A stretch of 64,000 bases of DNA, from NCBI GenBank assembly GCA_964406895.1, contig CAYOTK010000006.1, forward strand, positions 557 to 64,556. The letters are read 5' to 3'. Every line of letters starts with the position of its first letter. The stretch's first letter is position 1. Positions 39,849-49,773 of this stretch are shown piece by piece. Below the pieces are notes generated by a model that did not search any database, was not told where the DNA came from, and saw only the letters and a list, made by a program, of their open reading frames with translations. The stretch comes from an uncultured Candidatus Saccharibacteria bacterium. Its GTDB lineage: Bacteria > Patescibacteriota > Minisyncoccia > Phycocordibacterales > PALSA-1337. The position numbers were made by a program, and so were the translations under genes.

Positions 39849-40021
39849 TTTGGAATATAGCATTTTGCAAAGATAAATCAAATCGATAAATTGTAATATA
39901 GAAATATTGATGCTTGGAAAAAACACAAAAAGTCCTGCATTTTGTATTTTTCCTTATTGTTACCAATATTATTTATGAAACACGAGTTGCATCGACGTTA
40001 TTTTTATACTAGATTATATGC

Positions 40022-40423
40022 ATGACCATAGACACAAAATCTCACTCAACTAAAATAAAATCACCATATAATATATTCTATATACCGCATATTTATTGGT
40101 TTGGCTTAACTACCAGAATATGTCTATATGCTTTAGCACTATTTTACTTTATATCCTACAACTATAAGATAGTTGTCAGTGCACACAATACATCCTCATC
40201 AAATTCATTAATTATAATGATTGTTACAATTGTTGGGATTATAGGAATGTTTGCTGGATTATTTTTTATTGAAAAATCTAGACGTTACATAATACTATCT
40301 TTTTGGGCGGCATTTGGTCTACTAAGTATTATCGTGTATTTAACTTTATTGACTGTTTTACCGATATTGTCCGGGTATATATCAATTTCATTATTGTTTG
40401 GACCAGCCTTTCGCGGTTATTAG
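40022..40423 (+). CDS. small membrane protein, unknown function
   Basis: 133-aa ORF with 3-4 TM helices, convergent with rplB. Confidence 0.6.
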   Translation: MTIDTKSHSTKIKSPYNIFYIPHIYWFGLTTRICLYALALFYFISYNYKIVVSAHNTSSSNSLIIMIVTIVGIIGMFAGLFFIEKSRRYIILSFWAAFGLLSIIVYLTLLTVLPILSGYISISLLFGPAFRGY

Positions 40424-40433
40424 ATTTAAACAT

Positions 40434-41288
40434 TTAACTACCACTTCTCATCAACCTACCAGGTTGTCTGCGACTAACAACAAATATATTGGAATATTTC
40501 TTAGGTGTACGTGTCTTCTGGCCCTTACCTGCTGGTTTACCCCAACGAGTCTTGAGTCTTCTCAAACCTCTACCTGACCTCTGTTCTCCTCCACCGTATG
40601 GGTGATCAACAGGGTTCTGAGCTGTACCACGAACAGTAGGACGAATACCCATCCAGCGGCTTCTTCCGGCCTTACCGATATTGACCAATCGTGATTCTTC
40701 GTTCGAAACAGCACCAACAGAAGCCCAAGCATCTTCGTGAACTTTACGAACTTCAGAAGAAGGCATTTTGATATGAGTATAACCAGCATCGTTTGCAACT
40801 ACCTGAGCGAATGAACCAGCGGAACGAACAAGCTTGGCACCACTTCCTGGCTTGATCTCAATATTGTATATGAAAGTACCAACTGGAATATTTTTGAGAG
40901 GCAAACGATTGCCTGTTTGTATAGGAGCCTTATCAGATACCAAGAATGAATTGCCGACTTTCATTGTCTTTGGCAAAAGTACATATCTCTTTGTACCATC
41001 TTTGTAATTGACAAGACCGATGTATCCTGTACGGAAAGGATCGTATTCTATTGTTTTGACTGTTGCTACTATATCCTTCTTGTCATACATGAAGTCTATC
41101 AAACGATAAAGTTTCTTATGACCCCCACCCTTGTGTCTAACTGTTATACGACCAAAAGCATTGCGACCCATATCGCGCTTAAATCCAACCGTCAAAGGTT
41201 TGTAAGGTTCAGAAGCTGTGACATATTCCTTGAAAGGAAGTGTTGTCATGTGTCTGCGTGATTTACTTGTTGGTCTGTATGATTTCAT
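40434..41288 (-). CDS. rplB: 50S ribosomal protein L2
   Basis: GRITVRHKGGG, IEYDP.R, RPTVRG and DHPYGGGE motifs. Confidence 0.98.
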   Translation of the reverse strand: MKSYRPTSKSRRHMTTLPFKEYVTASEPYKPLTVGFKRDMGRNAFGRITVRHKGGGHKKLYRLIDFMYDKKDIVATVKTIEYDPFRTGYIGLVNYKDGTKRYVLLPKTMKVGNSFLVSDKAPIQTGNRLPLKNIPVGTFIYNIEIKPGSGAKLVRSAGSFAQVVANDAGYTHIKMPSSEVRKVHEDAWASVGAVSNEESRLVNIGKAGRSRWMGIRPTVRGTAQNPVDHPYGGGEQRSGRGLRRLKTRWGKPAGKGQKTRTPKKYSNIFVVSRRQPGRLMRSGS

Positions 41289-41292
41289 GTTT

Positions 41293-41724
41293 TTATACAA
41301 AGTCTATTTTATCGCCTTTCTTAAGAGTAACTATTGCTTTTTTCAAACCTGGAACAACTCCTCTTTTGCCTCTTACAAAAACATTCTTGGCTGGCAAATT
41401 GACTATTGAAACTTTGATTGGAGTTACTTTGTACAAAGATTTGATAGCGGAAGAAATAAGAGATTTGTTTGAATTCTTAGTAACTTGGAAAGTATATATA
41501 CCATCTCTACTCATAAGTCCTGACTTTTCTGTTACATAAGGTCTTATGATAGAACCAGCAGAATCACCAAAAGAACCTGTGGGAACAGAAACAGCAACAA
41601 CTGCTTTTTCTTTCTTGATCTTTGGGGCCTTGGTCTCTACTGACTTCTTTGTATTGGTTGCAGAAACTGCCTTGCGAGTTTCGCCTGTTTTCTCTGTTTG
41701 CCTTTTGAAACCAAAAATTCCCAT
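41293..41724 (-). CDS. rplW: 50S ribosomal protein L23 with N-terminal extension
   Basis: IIRPYVTEKS and KKAIVTL motifs. Confidence 0.95.
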   Translation of the reverse strand: MGIFGFKRQTEKTGETRKAVSATNTKKSVETKAPKIKKEKAVVAVSVPTGSFGDSAGSIIRPYVTEKSGLMSRDGIYTFQVTKNSNKSLISSAIKSLYKVTPIKVSIVNLPAKNVFVRGKRGVVPGLKKAIVTLKKGDKIDFV

Positions 41725-41732
41725 GGTATTAA

Positions 41733-42398
41733 TTATTTCTTATCGTTAACAGACAATCTTTTCAAGGACTGCTCTGGGTTTGTAATAATCAAAAATGTAT
41801 TGTTAAGAACAGAAACAGGGTTTACGTTACGGAATTCTTCGACTTTGATAGAGCCGATATTATTGAAACTCTTTGTTATGGCTTCTGATTTGCTATCGAG
41901 GGCCAATATTGCTGTATTAATCTTCTTTGTATTGAGTCTTTCATAACCTTTTATTTTAGACAATGAGACTAGAATATTTTTTGCCTCTTTTGTCTTTGGA
42001 GTTGTCATATTGAGAGAATCGACAAAGAGAACCTCACCATCTTTGAATTTGCGGGACAATATTGTAAGAAGAGCTTTTGTCTTTACTTTCTTGTTGATCT
42101 TACGTGAGAAATTCTGATCATTTCTTGGTCCATGTGCTATACCTCCACCAACCCATATAGGTGAGCGTGTAGAACCATGACGTGCACGTCCAGTACCCTT
42201 TTGTTTCCAAGGCTTCTTACCTCCACCTCTGACTTCACCTCTGGTTTTGGTATGAGCTATATTGTCGCGAGAATTGGAATTCATGAGACGTACTACTTCA
42301 TGAACAAGATCAGCATTCCAAGGCAAATCGAAAATACCTTTTGGAATATTGAACTTCCCTGCTTCTTTACCTGTTTGATTGTATATTGTTGTTTCCAT
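41733..42398 (-). CDS. rplD: 50S ribosomal protein L4
   Basis: TRGEVRGGGKKPWKQKGTGRARHGS. Confidence 0.98.
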   Translation of the reverse strand: METTIYNQTGKEAGKFNIPKGIFDLPWNADLVHEVVRLMNSNSRDNIAHTKTRGEVRGGGKKPWKQKGTGRARHGSTRSPIWVGGGIAHGPRNDQNFSRKINKKVKTKALLTILSRKFKDGEVLFVDSLNMTTPKTKEAKNILVSLSKIKGYERLNTKKINTAILALDSKSEAITKSFNNIGSIKVEEFRNVNPVSVLNNTFLIITNPEQSLKRLSVNDKK

Positions 42399-42459
42399 GA
42401 AAGAAAAATGCTCACTCGAGCTGTGTCGCTATGCTAGCAAAATCATTACAAAGAGTCAA
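42399..42459 (-). promoter_or_regulatory. internal promoter plus 5' hairpin for rplD
   Basis: TTGACT-17-TAGCAT, then AGCTCG-AGT-GAGC. Confidence 0.7.
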
Positions 42460-42461
42460 TT

Positions 42462-43067
42462 TTATCCAACGATCTCCACTAATGTTCCCCTTCTTCCTGG
42501 AACTGCACCAGAAAGATATATTACATTCTCATCTTGATCAATATGCACAACTTTGAGATTTCTTACAGTGATCCTGTCACTACCCATTCTTCCCGCCATG
42601 CGCATACCTACAGGAACACGAGTACGCAAACCGCCACCAATAGAACCTGGCTCGCGCTCTGAGTGTTTCTGACCGTGAGAGCGAGGGCCTCCACCGAAAC
42701 CGTGTCTCTTGACGACACCTTGGAAGCCCTTACCCTTCGAAACGGCACTGACTGTAACCATGTCACCAATTGTAAACTGAGAAATAGATACAGAATCACC
42801 AACTTTCAGGGTAGGATTCGCTACTCTGATCTCTTTCAATGAAGCAAATGAACCTAGATCCTTGAAATGTCCCTTCTGTGCTTTGTTGATGCGATTTGGA
42901 TTGCGGCTACCTTCACCGATCTGTACAGCCTCATAACCATCACGAGTGACAGTTTTGACATCTGTAATGACATTATTCCTGATCGATATTGCTGTCACAG
43001 GCACAGCTGTTCCGGCAGCATCGAAAATCTGTGTCATATTAAGTTTTCTTCCCAAAATGAATTTCAT
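42462..43067 (-). CDS. rplC: 50S ribosomal protein L3
   Basis: GRKLNMTQIF, SKGKGFQGVVKRH and MAGRMG motifs. Confidence 0.98.
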   Translation of the reverse strand: MKFILGRKLNMTQIFDAAGTAVPVTAISIRNNVITDVKTVTRDGYEAVQIGEGSRNPNRINKAQKGHFKDLGSFASLKEIRVANPTLKVGDSVSISQFTIGDMVTVSAVSKGKGFQGVVKRHGFGGGPRSHGQKHSEREPGSIGGGLRTRVPVGMRMAGRMGSDRITVRNLKVVHIDQDENVIYLSGAVPGRRGTLVEIVG

Positions 43068-43083
43068 GGTATTTCTTTATTTC

Positions 43084-43440
43084 TTACATCATCTTCACAT
43101 CTATATTGACTCCCGACGGCAAACTCATATTGGTCAAGGCTTCAATGACTTTTGGATTTGGATTGATAATGTCAATAAGTCTCTTGTGAACTCTCATTTC
43201 GAATTGTTCACGTGAATTCTTATCGATGAATGAGGAGCGGTTTACTGTGTATTTCTTGATTTCTGTTGGCAAAGGTACTGGTCCATGTATTACAGCATCG
43301 TATCGTGCAGCTGTATCCATGATCTGCTTCAATGAAGCATCGAGAATTTTGTGTTCATATGCTCGAACACGTATTCTAAGCTGATGAACAACTCCGTCAA
43401 CCTTAACCTTCTTCTTTTTTGTTTCTTTTGTAGCAGTCAT
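43084..43440 (-). CDS. rpsJ: 30S ribosomal protein S10
   Basis: GPVPLPT and REQFEMRVHKRLIDI motifs. Confidence 0.97.
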   Translation of the reverse strand: MTATKETKKKKVKVDGVVHQLRIRVRAYEHKILDASLKQIMDTAARYDAVIHGPVPLPTEIKKYTVNRSSFIDKNSREQFEMRVHKRLIDIINPNPKVIEALTNMSLPSGVNIDVKMM

Positions 43441-43450
43441 GTTTTTATTA

Positions 43451-44635
43451 CTAAGCAACTACCTTTGTAACGACTCCAGCACCTACGGTCTTACCTCCTT
43501 CACGAACTGCGAAACGCTGTTGATTTTCTAGAGCTACAGGAGCTACTAGTTTGACCTTGAATGTAATTGTATCTCCAGGCATGACCATTTCTACCTTCTC
43601 AGGAAGAGTAACCTCGCCAGTAACATCTGTTGTTCTGATATAGAACTGAGGCTTGTATCCTGTGAAGAATGGAGTGTGGCGACCACCTTCTTCTTTCTTC
43701 AAAACGTAAACTTCTGCCTCGAATTCTGTGTGAGGCTTGACTGAACCTGGTTTTGCCAATACTTGTCCACGAGAAACATCATCCTTTGCTGTACCACGTA
43801 GTAGCAAACCAGCATTGTCTCCTGCCAAACCTTCCTTTAGAGACTTGTTGAACATTTCGATACCTGTAATAGTTGTCTTCGTAGTATCTTTGAAGCCGAT
43901 TATTTCGACTTCTTCACCTACTGTGATCTTTCCGCGTTCAATACGACCTGTAACTACTGTTCCACGACCTTCGATAGAGAATATATCTTCGATAGGCATA
44001 AGGAATGTTTTGTCGACTTCACGAACTGGAGTTGGGATATAAGTATCGAGAGCATTCATAAGCTCATCGATCTTTGCTGTCCATTCTGCTTCACCGTTCA
44101 AGGCGCCTGTTGCTGAACCGCGAATAACTGGAACGTTTTTACCGTCGAATTGATTCTTGGTTAGGAGCTCACGCACTTCTTCCTCAACAAGGTCAATAAG
44201 ATCCTTTTCTGGTACCAAGTCACACTTGTTCAAAAAGACAATGATCTTTGGAACACCAACCTGACGTGCTAGCAATACGTGTTCGCGTGTCTGAGGCATA
44301 ACACCATCTGTTGCTGATACAACAAGAATAGCACCGTCCATTTGAGCGGCACCTGTAATCATGTTTTTCACGAAGTCAGCGTGTCCTGGACAGTCGATGT
44401 GAGCATAGTGACGAGATGCAGACTCATATTCAACGTGTGAAAGTGAGATTGTTACTGTCTTTGTTGCATCACGAACTGTACCTCCCTTTGTAATATCTGA
44501 GTAAGCTTTGACTTGAGCCATACCCTTCTTGGACTGAACAGCCAAGAGCGCCGCTGTCAAAGTAGACTTTCCGTGGTCAATGTGACCAATTGTTCCTACG
44601 TTAACGTGTGGCTTTGTACGATTGAATTCTGCCAT
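43451..44635 (-). CDS. tuf: elongation factor Tu (atypical switch I)
   Basis: [19 protein letters not shown] and GGRHTPFF motifs. Confidence 0.98.
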   Translation of the reverse strand: MAEFNRTKPHVNVGTIGHIDHGKSTLTAALLAVQSKKGMAQVKAYSDITKGGTVRDATKTVTISLSHVEYESASRHYAHIDCPGHADFVKNMITGAAQMDGAILVVSATDGVMPQTREHVLLARQVGVPKIIVFLNKCDLVPEKDLIDLVEEEVRELLTKNQFDGKNVPVIRGSATGALNGEAEWTAKIDELMNALDTYIPTPVREVDKTFLMPIEDIFSIEGRGTVVTGRIERGKITVGEEVEIIGFKDTTKTTITGIEMFNKSLKEGLAGDNAGLLLRGTAKDDVSRGQVLAKPGSVKPHTEFEAEVYVLKKEEGGRHTPFFTGYKPQFYIRTTDVTGEVTLPEKVEMVMPGDTITFKVKLVAPVALENQQRFAVREGGKTVGAGVVTKVVA

Positions 44636-44810
44636 ATTATTATTTTATTGCTTTGGCTCGCATCGCATGGGCGTGAAATAACAACCATACGACGAGATCC
44701 AAAGATAAATTATATTAGTTAATAAAACGCAATTTTATTTAGCGTAGCGTCATGTTAACACACGCTATCATTTATTGCAAATTCTCTATATATCAAGACC
44801 TTACGCACTT

Positions 44811-44861
44811 CACCCCATACAAGAAGAGTAATAAAGAATACCCTACTCTATGTATGGGGTG
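44811..44861 (-). terminator. hairpin after the surface-protein gene
   Basis: CACCCCATACA/TGTATGGGGTG stem. Confidence 0.55.
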
Positions 44862-44868
44862 TAAATGC

Positions 44869-46359
44869 TTATCTAAACAAACCTTGAACGGCGTCGAGAA
44901 CACTAGCTGACAATGAATCTTTTCCTGTTTTACCTGTTGGACTTGAACTTGGTACAGGAGTTGCTGTTGCTGTAGGGGTTGGTATCAATTCTGGATTGAT
45001 GATTGTTACCATCTGAGCACTCTTGCCTGAAGCAGATATTGATTCATCTGGACCAATCTGAACATATACGAAGTATCTAGCATATGGAACTGTCTTTGGT
45101 ACAGTCCAAACATATGAGTACATAACAGCAGGTGAAATATCTGGTCTTGTATAATCCAATATATCGATTTTCTGTCCGCCATTTACAGGAATAAGTTGTA
45201 TTCTTCTAACTTCCTGTGCCGTACTCAATGACCATTGAATGACCATTTTCTCGCCAACTTGGAAATAAGTACCTCCTGTGACTTGGCTTGTAGGTGTGAG
45301 AACTGTGAGAGCGGGAGAATTAACATTCTTTTCGGCTGTCTTTGAATTTGTTGTTACAAGAGGAAGTTGACTGTTGGTCACTCTGAAATATGAACTTTCT
45401 CCGTATGTCTGTGCATCGGCAGAATAAACCTTGACCTTATAATATCCTGTTGCAAGATTTGAAGGTATTGTCCAAGAATAATCTGTTCTTTGATATGGTG
45501 CTGTATAAGCTGGATTCTGATAAACACTTACGGTTAAGCCATCGTATGATTCTAGGACTATTTTGTTTATGCCTATTTCAGTTGAAGACCAATTAATGTT
45601 TAATTTCTCTCCGGGAGCAAATATTGTCGAAGAATTCTTGCTATTTACAGGTGTTAGAACTGTTATTGATGTTGTTTTCTTGGCTGGAATTATTGTGGTG
45701 CTAGTTACAGCAGGCTGATAATTGACAGTAGAAACTGGTGTTGGTGTATATACAGGAGTTGGGGTTTGTGTAACAACAGGTTTAACTACTGGTTGAACCT
45801 TATTTGCTGGAACTGGAGTTGGTGTGTAAGAAGGTGTTGGAGTTTGTTTTGCAACATTATTGGCAACACTATTACCACACAATTCTGCATTGATTTTGCC
45901 ACGAGTAAGAGGTCCGACGAATCCTGTAGTAGGCAAACCCTGACTTGCTTGATATTCCATGACTGACTGTGCGGTTGCTTCATCATACACACCATCTCTA
46001 CTCGAAGCACCGTAAACATCCCAATTGTAAAGTCCTTTAGAATCTAGAAATTTCTGAAGACTAGTCACAGACTCCCCCACACTGTCGAGGCCCATATTGA
46101 CGTTGAATATTGCACAAGAATTTTCTTTCCTTGGAATATTAGTCTGGGTACAAATATAGCCTTCCGGACAGATATTTTGATTGGAAACATTGTTTGGTAC
46201 GCACGTATAACCTACAGGACAGACAAATGTCGAAGGTGTACATACATATCCAGCAGGACAGACGAATACCGACTGTGCTTCAGCCTTTGTATTGGAGCCT
46301 AATATAACGAAACAAGTAACGATCAAGACTGGAATCAAATAAAGTGAAAATTTTTTCAT
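44869..46359 (-). CDS. secreted surface protein: CPxGYxC repeats, peptidoglycan-binding domain, Thr/Pro linker, two Ig-like repeats
   Basis: Signal peptide, three CPxGY.C, V..LQ.FL...TG.VGPLTR, and two ITVLTP/LTVLTP..GEK..I.WS repeats. Confidence 0.8.
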   Translation of the reverse strand: MKKFSLYLIPVLIVTCFVILGSNTKAEAQSVFVCPAGYVCTPSTFVCPVGYTCVPNNVSNQNICPEGYICTQTNIPRKENSCAIFNVNMGLDSVGESVTSLQKFLDSKGLYNWDVYGASSRDGVYDEATAQSVMEYQASQGLPTTGFVGPLTRGKINAELCGNSVANNVAKQTPTPSYTPTPVPANKVQPVVKPVVTQTPTPVYTPTPVSTVNYQPAVTSTTIIPAKKTTSITVLTPVNSKNSSTIFAPGEKLNINWSSTEIGINKIVLESYDGLTVSVYQNPAYTAPYQRTDYSWTIPSNLATGYYKVKVYSADAQTYGESSYFRVTNSQLPLVTTNSKTAEKNVNSPALTVLTPTSQVTGGTYFQVGEKMVIQWSLSTAQEVRRIQLIPVNGGQKIDILDYTRPDISPAVMYSYVWTVPKTVPYARYFVYVQIGPDESISASGKSAQMVTIINPELIPTPTATATPVPSSSPTGKTGKDSLSASVLDAVQGLFR

Positions 46360-46436
46360 ATAATATTGTGGGTTTTGTTTAATTCGAACCCAATATAATA
46401 ATGTGCGCATCATATCATAAATCTAGAAAAAATCAA

Positions 46437-46470
46437 AATAATAAAAGCTCCTTTCGGAGCTTTTATTATT
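46437..46470 (-). terminator. bidirectional terminator
   Basis: AATAATAAAAGCTCC-tttc-GGAGCTTTTATTATT. Confidence 0.8.
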
Positions 46471-46486
46471 CGAAGAATTAGTACTA

Positions 46487-49400
46487 TTAGAACGTAAACC
46501 TAAGGAACTTAAGCATCAAAGTCCAAACAGAAGCTGTCTGATATTCACCAAATACACTTGATACAGGAGACGATGTTGGACGAGGTGTTGTAGAAGGCGT
46601 TGGAGAATATGTCGAAGTTGGATAATTGTAATTTGGACTAGGAGTTGATGTTGTTGTAGGTGACGCAGTAGTTGTTGGTGTAGGTGATGTTGTAGGAGTA
46701 GAAACAGGAGCAACATAAGTTGTAGGAGTTGGAGTACTTGTAACTACCGGTGCTGGAGAGTAAGTAGCAGTCGGAGAATATGATGGCGTTGGCGTTACAG
46801 TAGTATTCACAGTTTTTGTATCAACAGTGTTTACGTCTTTGGCAGCACTCTTGCCTCCAAACATTGCGTATAGGGACAAATTCTCTAATCCACTCCTTAT
46901 ACTCATATTGTTCGTGACATTTGATGAATTTCCATAGAATATGCTTGTTATTTTATATGAAGCATAACCAGCAACACCTGAATTCATCAAAACACCATTA
47001 TATTTGACGACTCTGCTTGTGTTTGAAGGTATCACTATATAATTAGCACTATCTCCTGCAACTGTTGCGGGAGTATAACTATTGTCAGCAAATGAAACCG
47101 TAGCTGTGTTTGGACTTATAACGGTCACAATCTCATTACCGACATGTTTCTTGCTCATAAATATATCTTTGTCTCCATTATTATTGACTGTAAACGTCAT
47201 TGAGAATGGATATGCGACAACTACATTATTCGACATTACCGGATCACCGAAACTTGTGTTGACACTAGATATATTAACCCCACCCTGAGCAGTAGAGCCG
47301 GCAAATGTTACAACACCCGAATACAACACCGGCTTCAATACAACTTTCATATTATTGAAGTTTCCATCAGTAGCTGTGACATTGGCATTTGAAGCATACA
47401 AAACAACTTCAGCGGATGATTTATTCAAGATATTATTGGTATTCTTAGCAACCACTCCATATATAGTAACTGGTACCCAAGTATCTGTGGGCAATGGTGC
47501 TGCCATATTACTGAATACTATTTTCTGACCCTTTTCTGTTTTAATGATAGTATCAATTGAATCATACTGATATGACTTATCACCTATCTTCACATAGACA
47601 CGATCGAATAGTTTATTAACATTACTACCCTTCCAGTTTGGACTTATGGCATTCACATTCAACTTTAATGAATTGAGCACTGATGACAATCCTTCTGATT
47701 TTATATCGAATATTGCTAATACAACATCGCTAGTATTTTGCGTAGAAGAAATATTTACAATTCTAGCTGAAGGATTAGCAGGATCAAGCCTGAAAGTTAG
47801 AGAACCAGATTTTGCATTTTCTGTAATTGGTCTGTTATCTTCCGGAACAACATTACAAGACTTATTATTTAATGCTTCTCTGGTAAGAGGACCGACACTA
47901 CCAGTTGCTGTTATATTTACAGAGTTTTGAAAACCCTTTACTGCTGCGGTTGTAGACGGGCCGTAGTAGCCTTTTTGGGTCAAATCCTTAGACAAGAAGC
48001 CTAGTTTAATCAATAATTCCTGCAAAGTAACCACTTCTCCACCTGTGCTTCCCTCATCCATGTTGGTAGTAAGTTTCAAACACTGTGGAGTTGTACTAGC
48101 AACTCCTCTCACAATGATTCTTGTACTAGATCCAAAAGCGTATGCATTTCCTGGGAAACGTTCATAGAAGTTAACAGATATTTCTTTGGTTGTAGGATTA
48201 CTATTGAAGACTTGCAAAGTCATTGCAGGAAGTGAACGAGGATTGAATGACTTGGACACATTACATATGTTCTTGTTGCTTTCTGTGGACTGTAACCAAT
48301 CTGCCCTAACACCTTGAGGACATACAGCCATCAATTCTGTACTACTTGCATTACTGTGCGCAGTCATGGAGAGGGTTGTAGTTGCGCCACTTGAGATTTC
48401 TTTTGGTGTGGCGGATATGAAAAGTGCTTCTGAAACAGTGGGGCTTGCAAGAGAAATCCTATATCTATTGACCGCCACTTGTGTAATCGCATCATAATTA
48501 CCTGTATCTTCGCCTGGATTTAGATAACCCTCTTTGATCAACTGATTCTGTAATGTCTTGACTCTCTCACCGCTGGATCCAAATGATAAATTGTTAATCA
48601 ACGAATCTGGAATAGGGGTTGGTTTGGGTAATGGAGTTGGAGTTGGGGGTGCCTTTCGAGGAATAGGTGTGCCTGGTTTGTCTTCTGAATTTGTTATTTC
48701 TCCATAATAAAAACCCCAATAATCAACATCCCAAACGTCTGGAGTTATATCCGCAGTATATAAGACTTTATTAATCGCCCCAGACATATGCAGATCTTCT
48801 GCTTTTTTATTTTTTGAAAGAGGTAAAATAATATAACAATAACCCGCTTTATCTTCTTTAGCACTGACGCTACCATTTATATCGTTCAGTTTCATACGTA
48901 TATCTTTACAAGGTATTTTTCTACCAGTGTTTTCAAGAACAAATTGACTTTTCTCTTCATTGAAGACTGGCTTAAGTTCTGATACAGTTATAGGAATTCG
49001 GATCGAATAGATTTTGTTTGGTTTTGCATCTGAATCTGAATCTATCGCTACATATAAAATATTGAGGCTTTGATTTTTTGAGAAATGGAAAACCTGCCCA
49101 TCAAACTCAACTTCAGAGTATGTTTTTCCAATTTCAAGGTTAGGACGTTTATCGTCCCTTGGTGAATTATACTTTTCATCTATATTAGTGGTCTTATCAT
49201 GGTAAAACATTGTGCCCTTTCTAGTAGTAACTGATACCTCTTTCCCAGCTACAGGATAATAACTTTGTCTATAATCATAATTAGTGTTAATGTCACTCTT
49301 AAAAATATATTCTCCGTTTAAATTTTTTGCATAAGAATTTTCAATCGTGTCACGTTCATACCTCTCTACACGATAGAATCCTTCCGAATTTTCTATAATT

Positions 49401-49606
49401 TCTATTTTACTTTTAGAAATTTTCGGTCTAGTAATCTCGTTAATATAATCTGATGAGTATTTTGTTACCATATACAGCCCTGCTTTGCCAGGATCAAAAG
49501 CATATGCGACATTAGGAGCTTTTAAAATAATCACTCCACAAAAAACAAACACACCAATTAGAACAAGACTGGTTAAACTTTTCCTCACCGATATTATATT
49601 TTTCAT
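46487..49606 (-). CDS. large secreted surface protein with two peptidoglycan-binding domains and a Thr/Pro/Ser-rich tail
   Basis: Signal peptide, GSSGERVKTLQ, GSTGGEVVTLQ...GPLTR, and TPTP/TTSP repeats. Confidence 0.82.
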   Translation of the reverse strand: MKNIISVRKSLTSLVLIGVFVFCGVIILKAPNVAYAFDPGKAGLYMVTKYSSDYINEITRPKISKSKIEIIENSEGFYRVERYERDTIENSYAKNLNGEYIFKSDINTNYDYRQSYYPVAGKEVSVTTRKGTMFYHDKTTNIDEKYNSPRDDKRPNLEIGKTYSEVEFDGQVFHFSKNQSLNILYVAIDSDSDAKPNKIYSIRIPITVSELKPVFNEEKSQFVLENTGRKIPCKDIRMKLNDINGSVSAKEDKAGYCYIILPLSKNKKAEDLHMSGAINKVLYTADITPDVWDVDYWGFYYGEITNSEDKPGTPIPRKAPPTPTPLPKPTPIPDSLINNLSFGSSGERVKTLQNQLIKEGYLNPGEDTGNYDAITQVAVNRYRISLASPTVSEALFISATPKEISSGATTTLSMTAHSNASSTELMAVCPQGVRADWLQSTESNKNICNVSKSFNPRSLPAMTLQVFNSNPTTKEISVNFYERFPGNAYAFGSSTRIIVRGVASTTPQCLKLTTNMDEGSTGGEVVTLQELLIKLGFLSKDLTQKGYYGPSTTAAVKGFQNSVNITATGSVGPLTREALNNKSCNVVPEDNRPITENAKSGSLTFRLDPANPSARIVNISSTQNTSDVVLAIFDIKSEGLSSVLNSLKLNVNAISPNWKGSNVNKLFDRVYVKIGDKSYQYDSIDTIIKTEKGQKIVFSNMAAPLPTDTWVPVTIYGVVAKNTNNILNKSSAEVVLYASNANVTATDGNFNNMKVVLKPVLYSGVVTFAGSTAQGGVNISSVNTSFGDPVMSNNVVVAYPFSMTFTVNNNGDKDIFMSKKHVGNEIVTVISPNTATVSFADNSYTPATVAGDSANYIVIPSNTSRVVKYNGVLMNSGVAGYASYKITSIFYGNSSNVTNNMSIRSGLENLSLYAMFGGKSAAKDVNTVDTKTVNTTVTPTPSYSPTATYSPAPVVTSTPTPTTYVAPVSTPTTSPTPTTTASPTTTSTPSPNYNYPTSTYSPTPSTTPRPTSSPVSSVFGEYQTASVWTLMLKFLRFTF

Positions 49607-49773
49607 ATTATTAAATAATTTATATAAATTCATCTTAAAAAAATAAGTACTGAATACAATTATACACCTCTCGTCAGTAATCACAAAAAATTTTATCCCC
49701 TAATATTCCCCAACAACAAAGAGCGGTATTACCGCCCCTTGTTGTGAGAACCTATTTAAATAGTCATGAAATA

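Noticed and set aside
39560-39850. RNase P RNA or SRP RNA
   Set aside because: It lacks the GAGGAAAGTCC / AACAGAA P4 signatures and the SRP GGAA-loop domain IV motif.
46540-46810. Possible DNA tandem repeat or CRISPR-like array
   Set aside because: The periodicity reflects Thr/Pro/Ser codons in a protein linker. No identical repeats with unique spacers and no cas genes were seen anywhere in the window.
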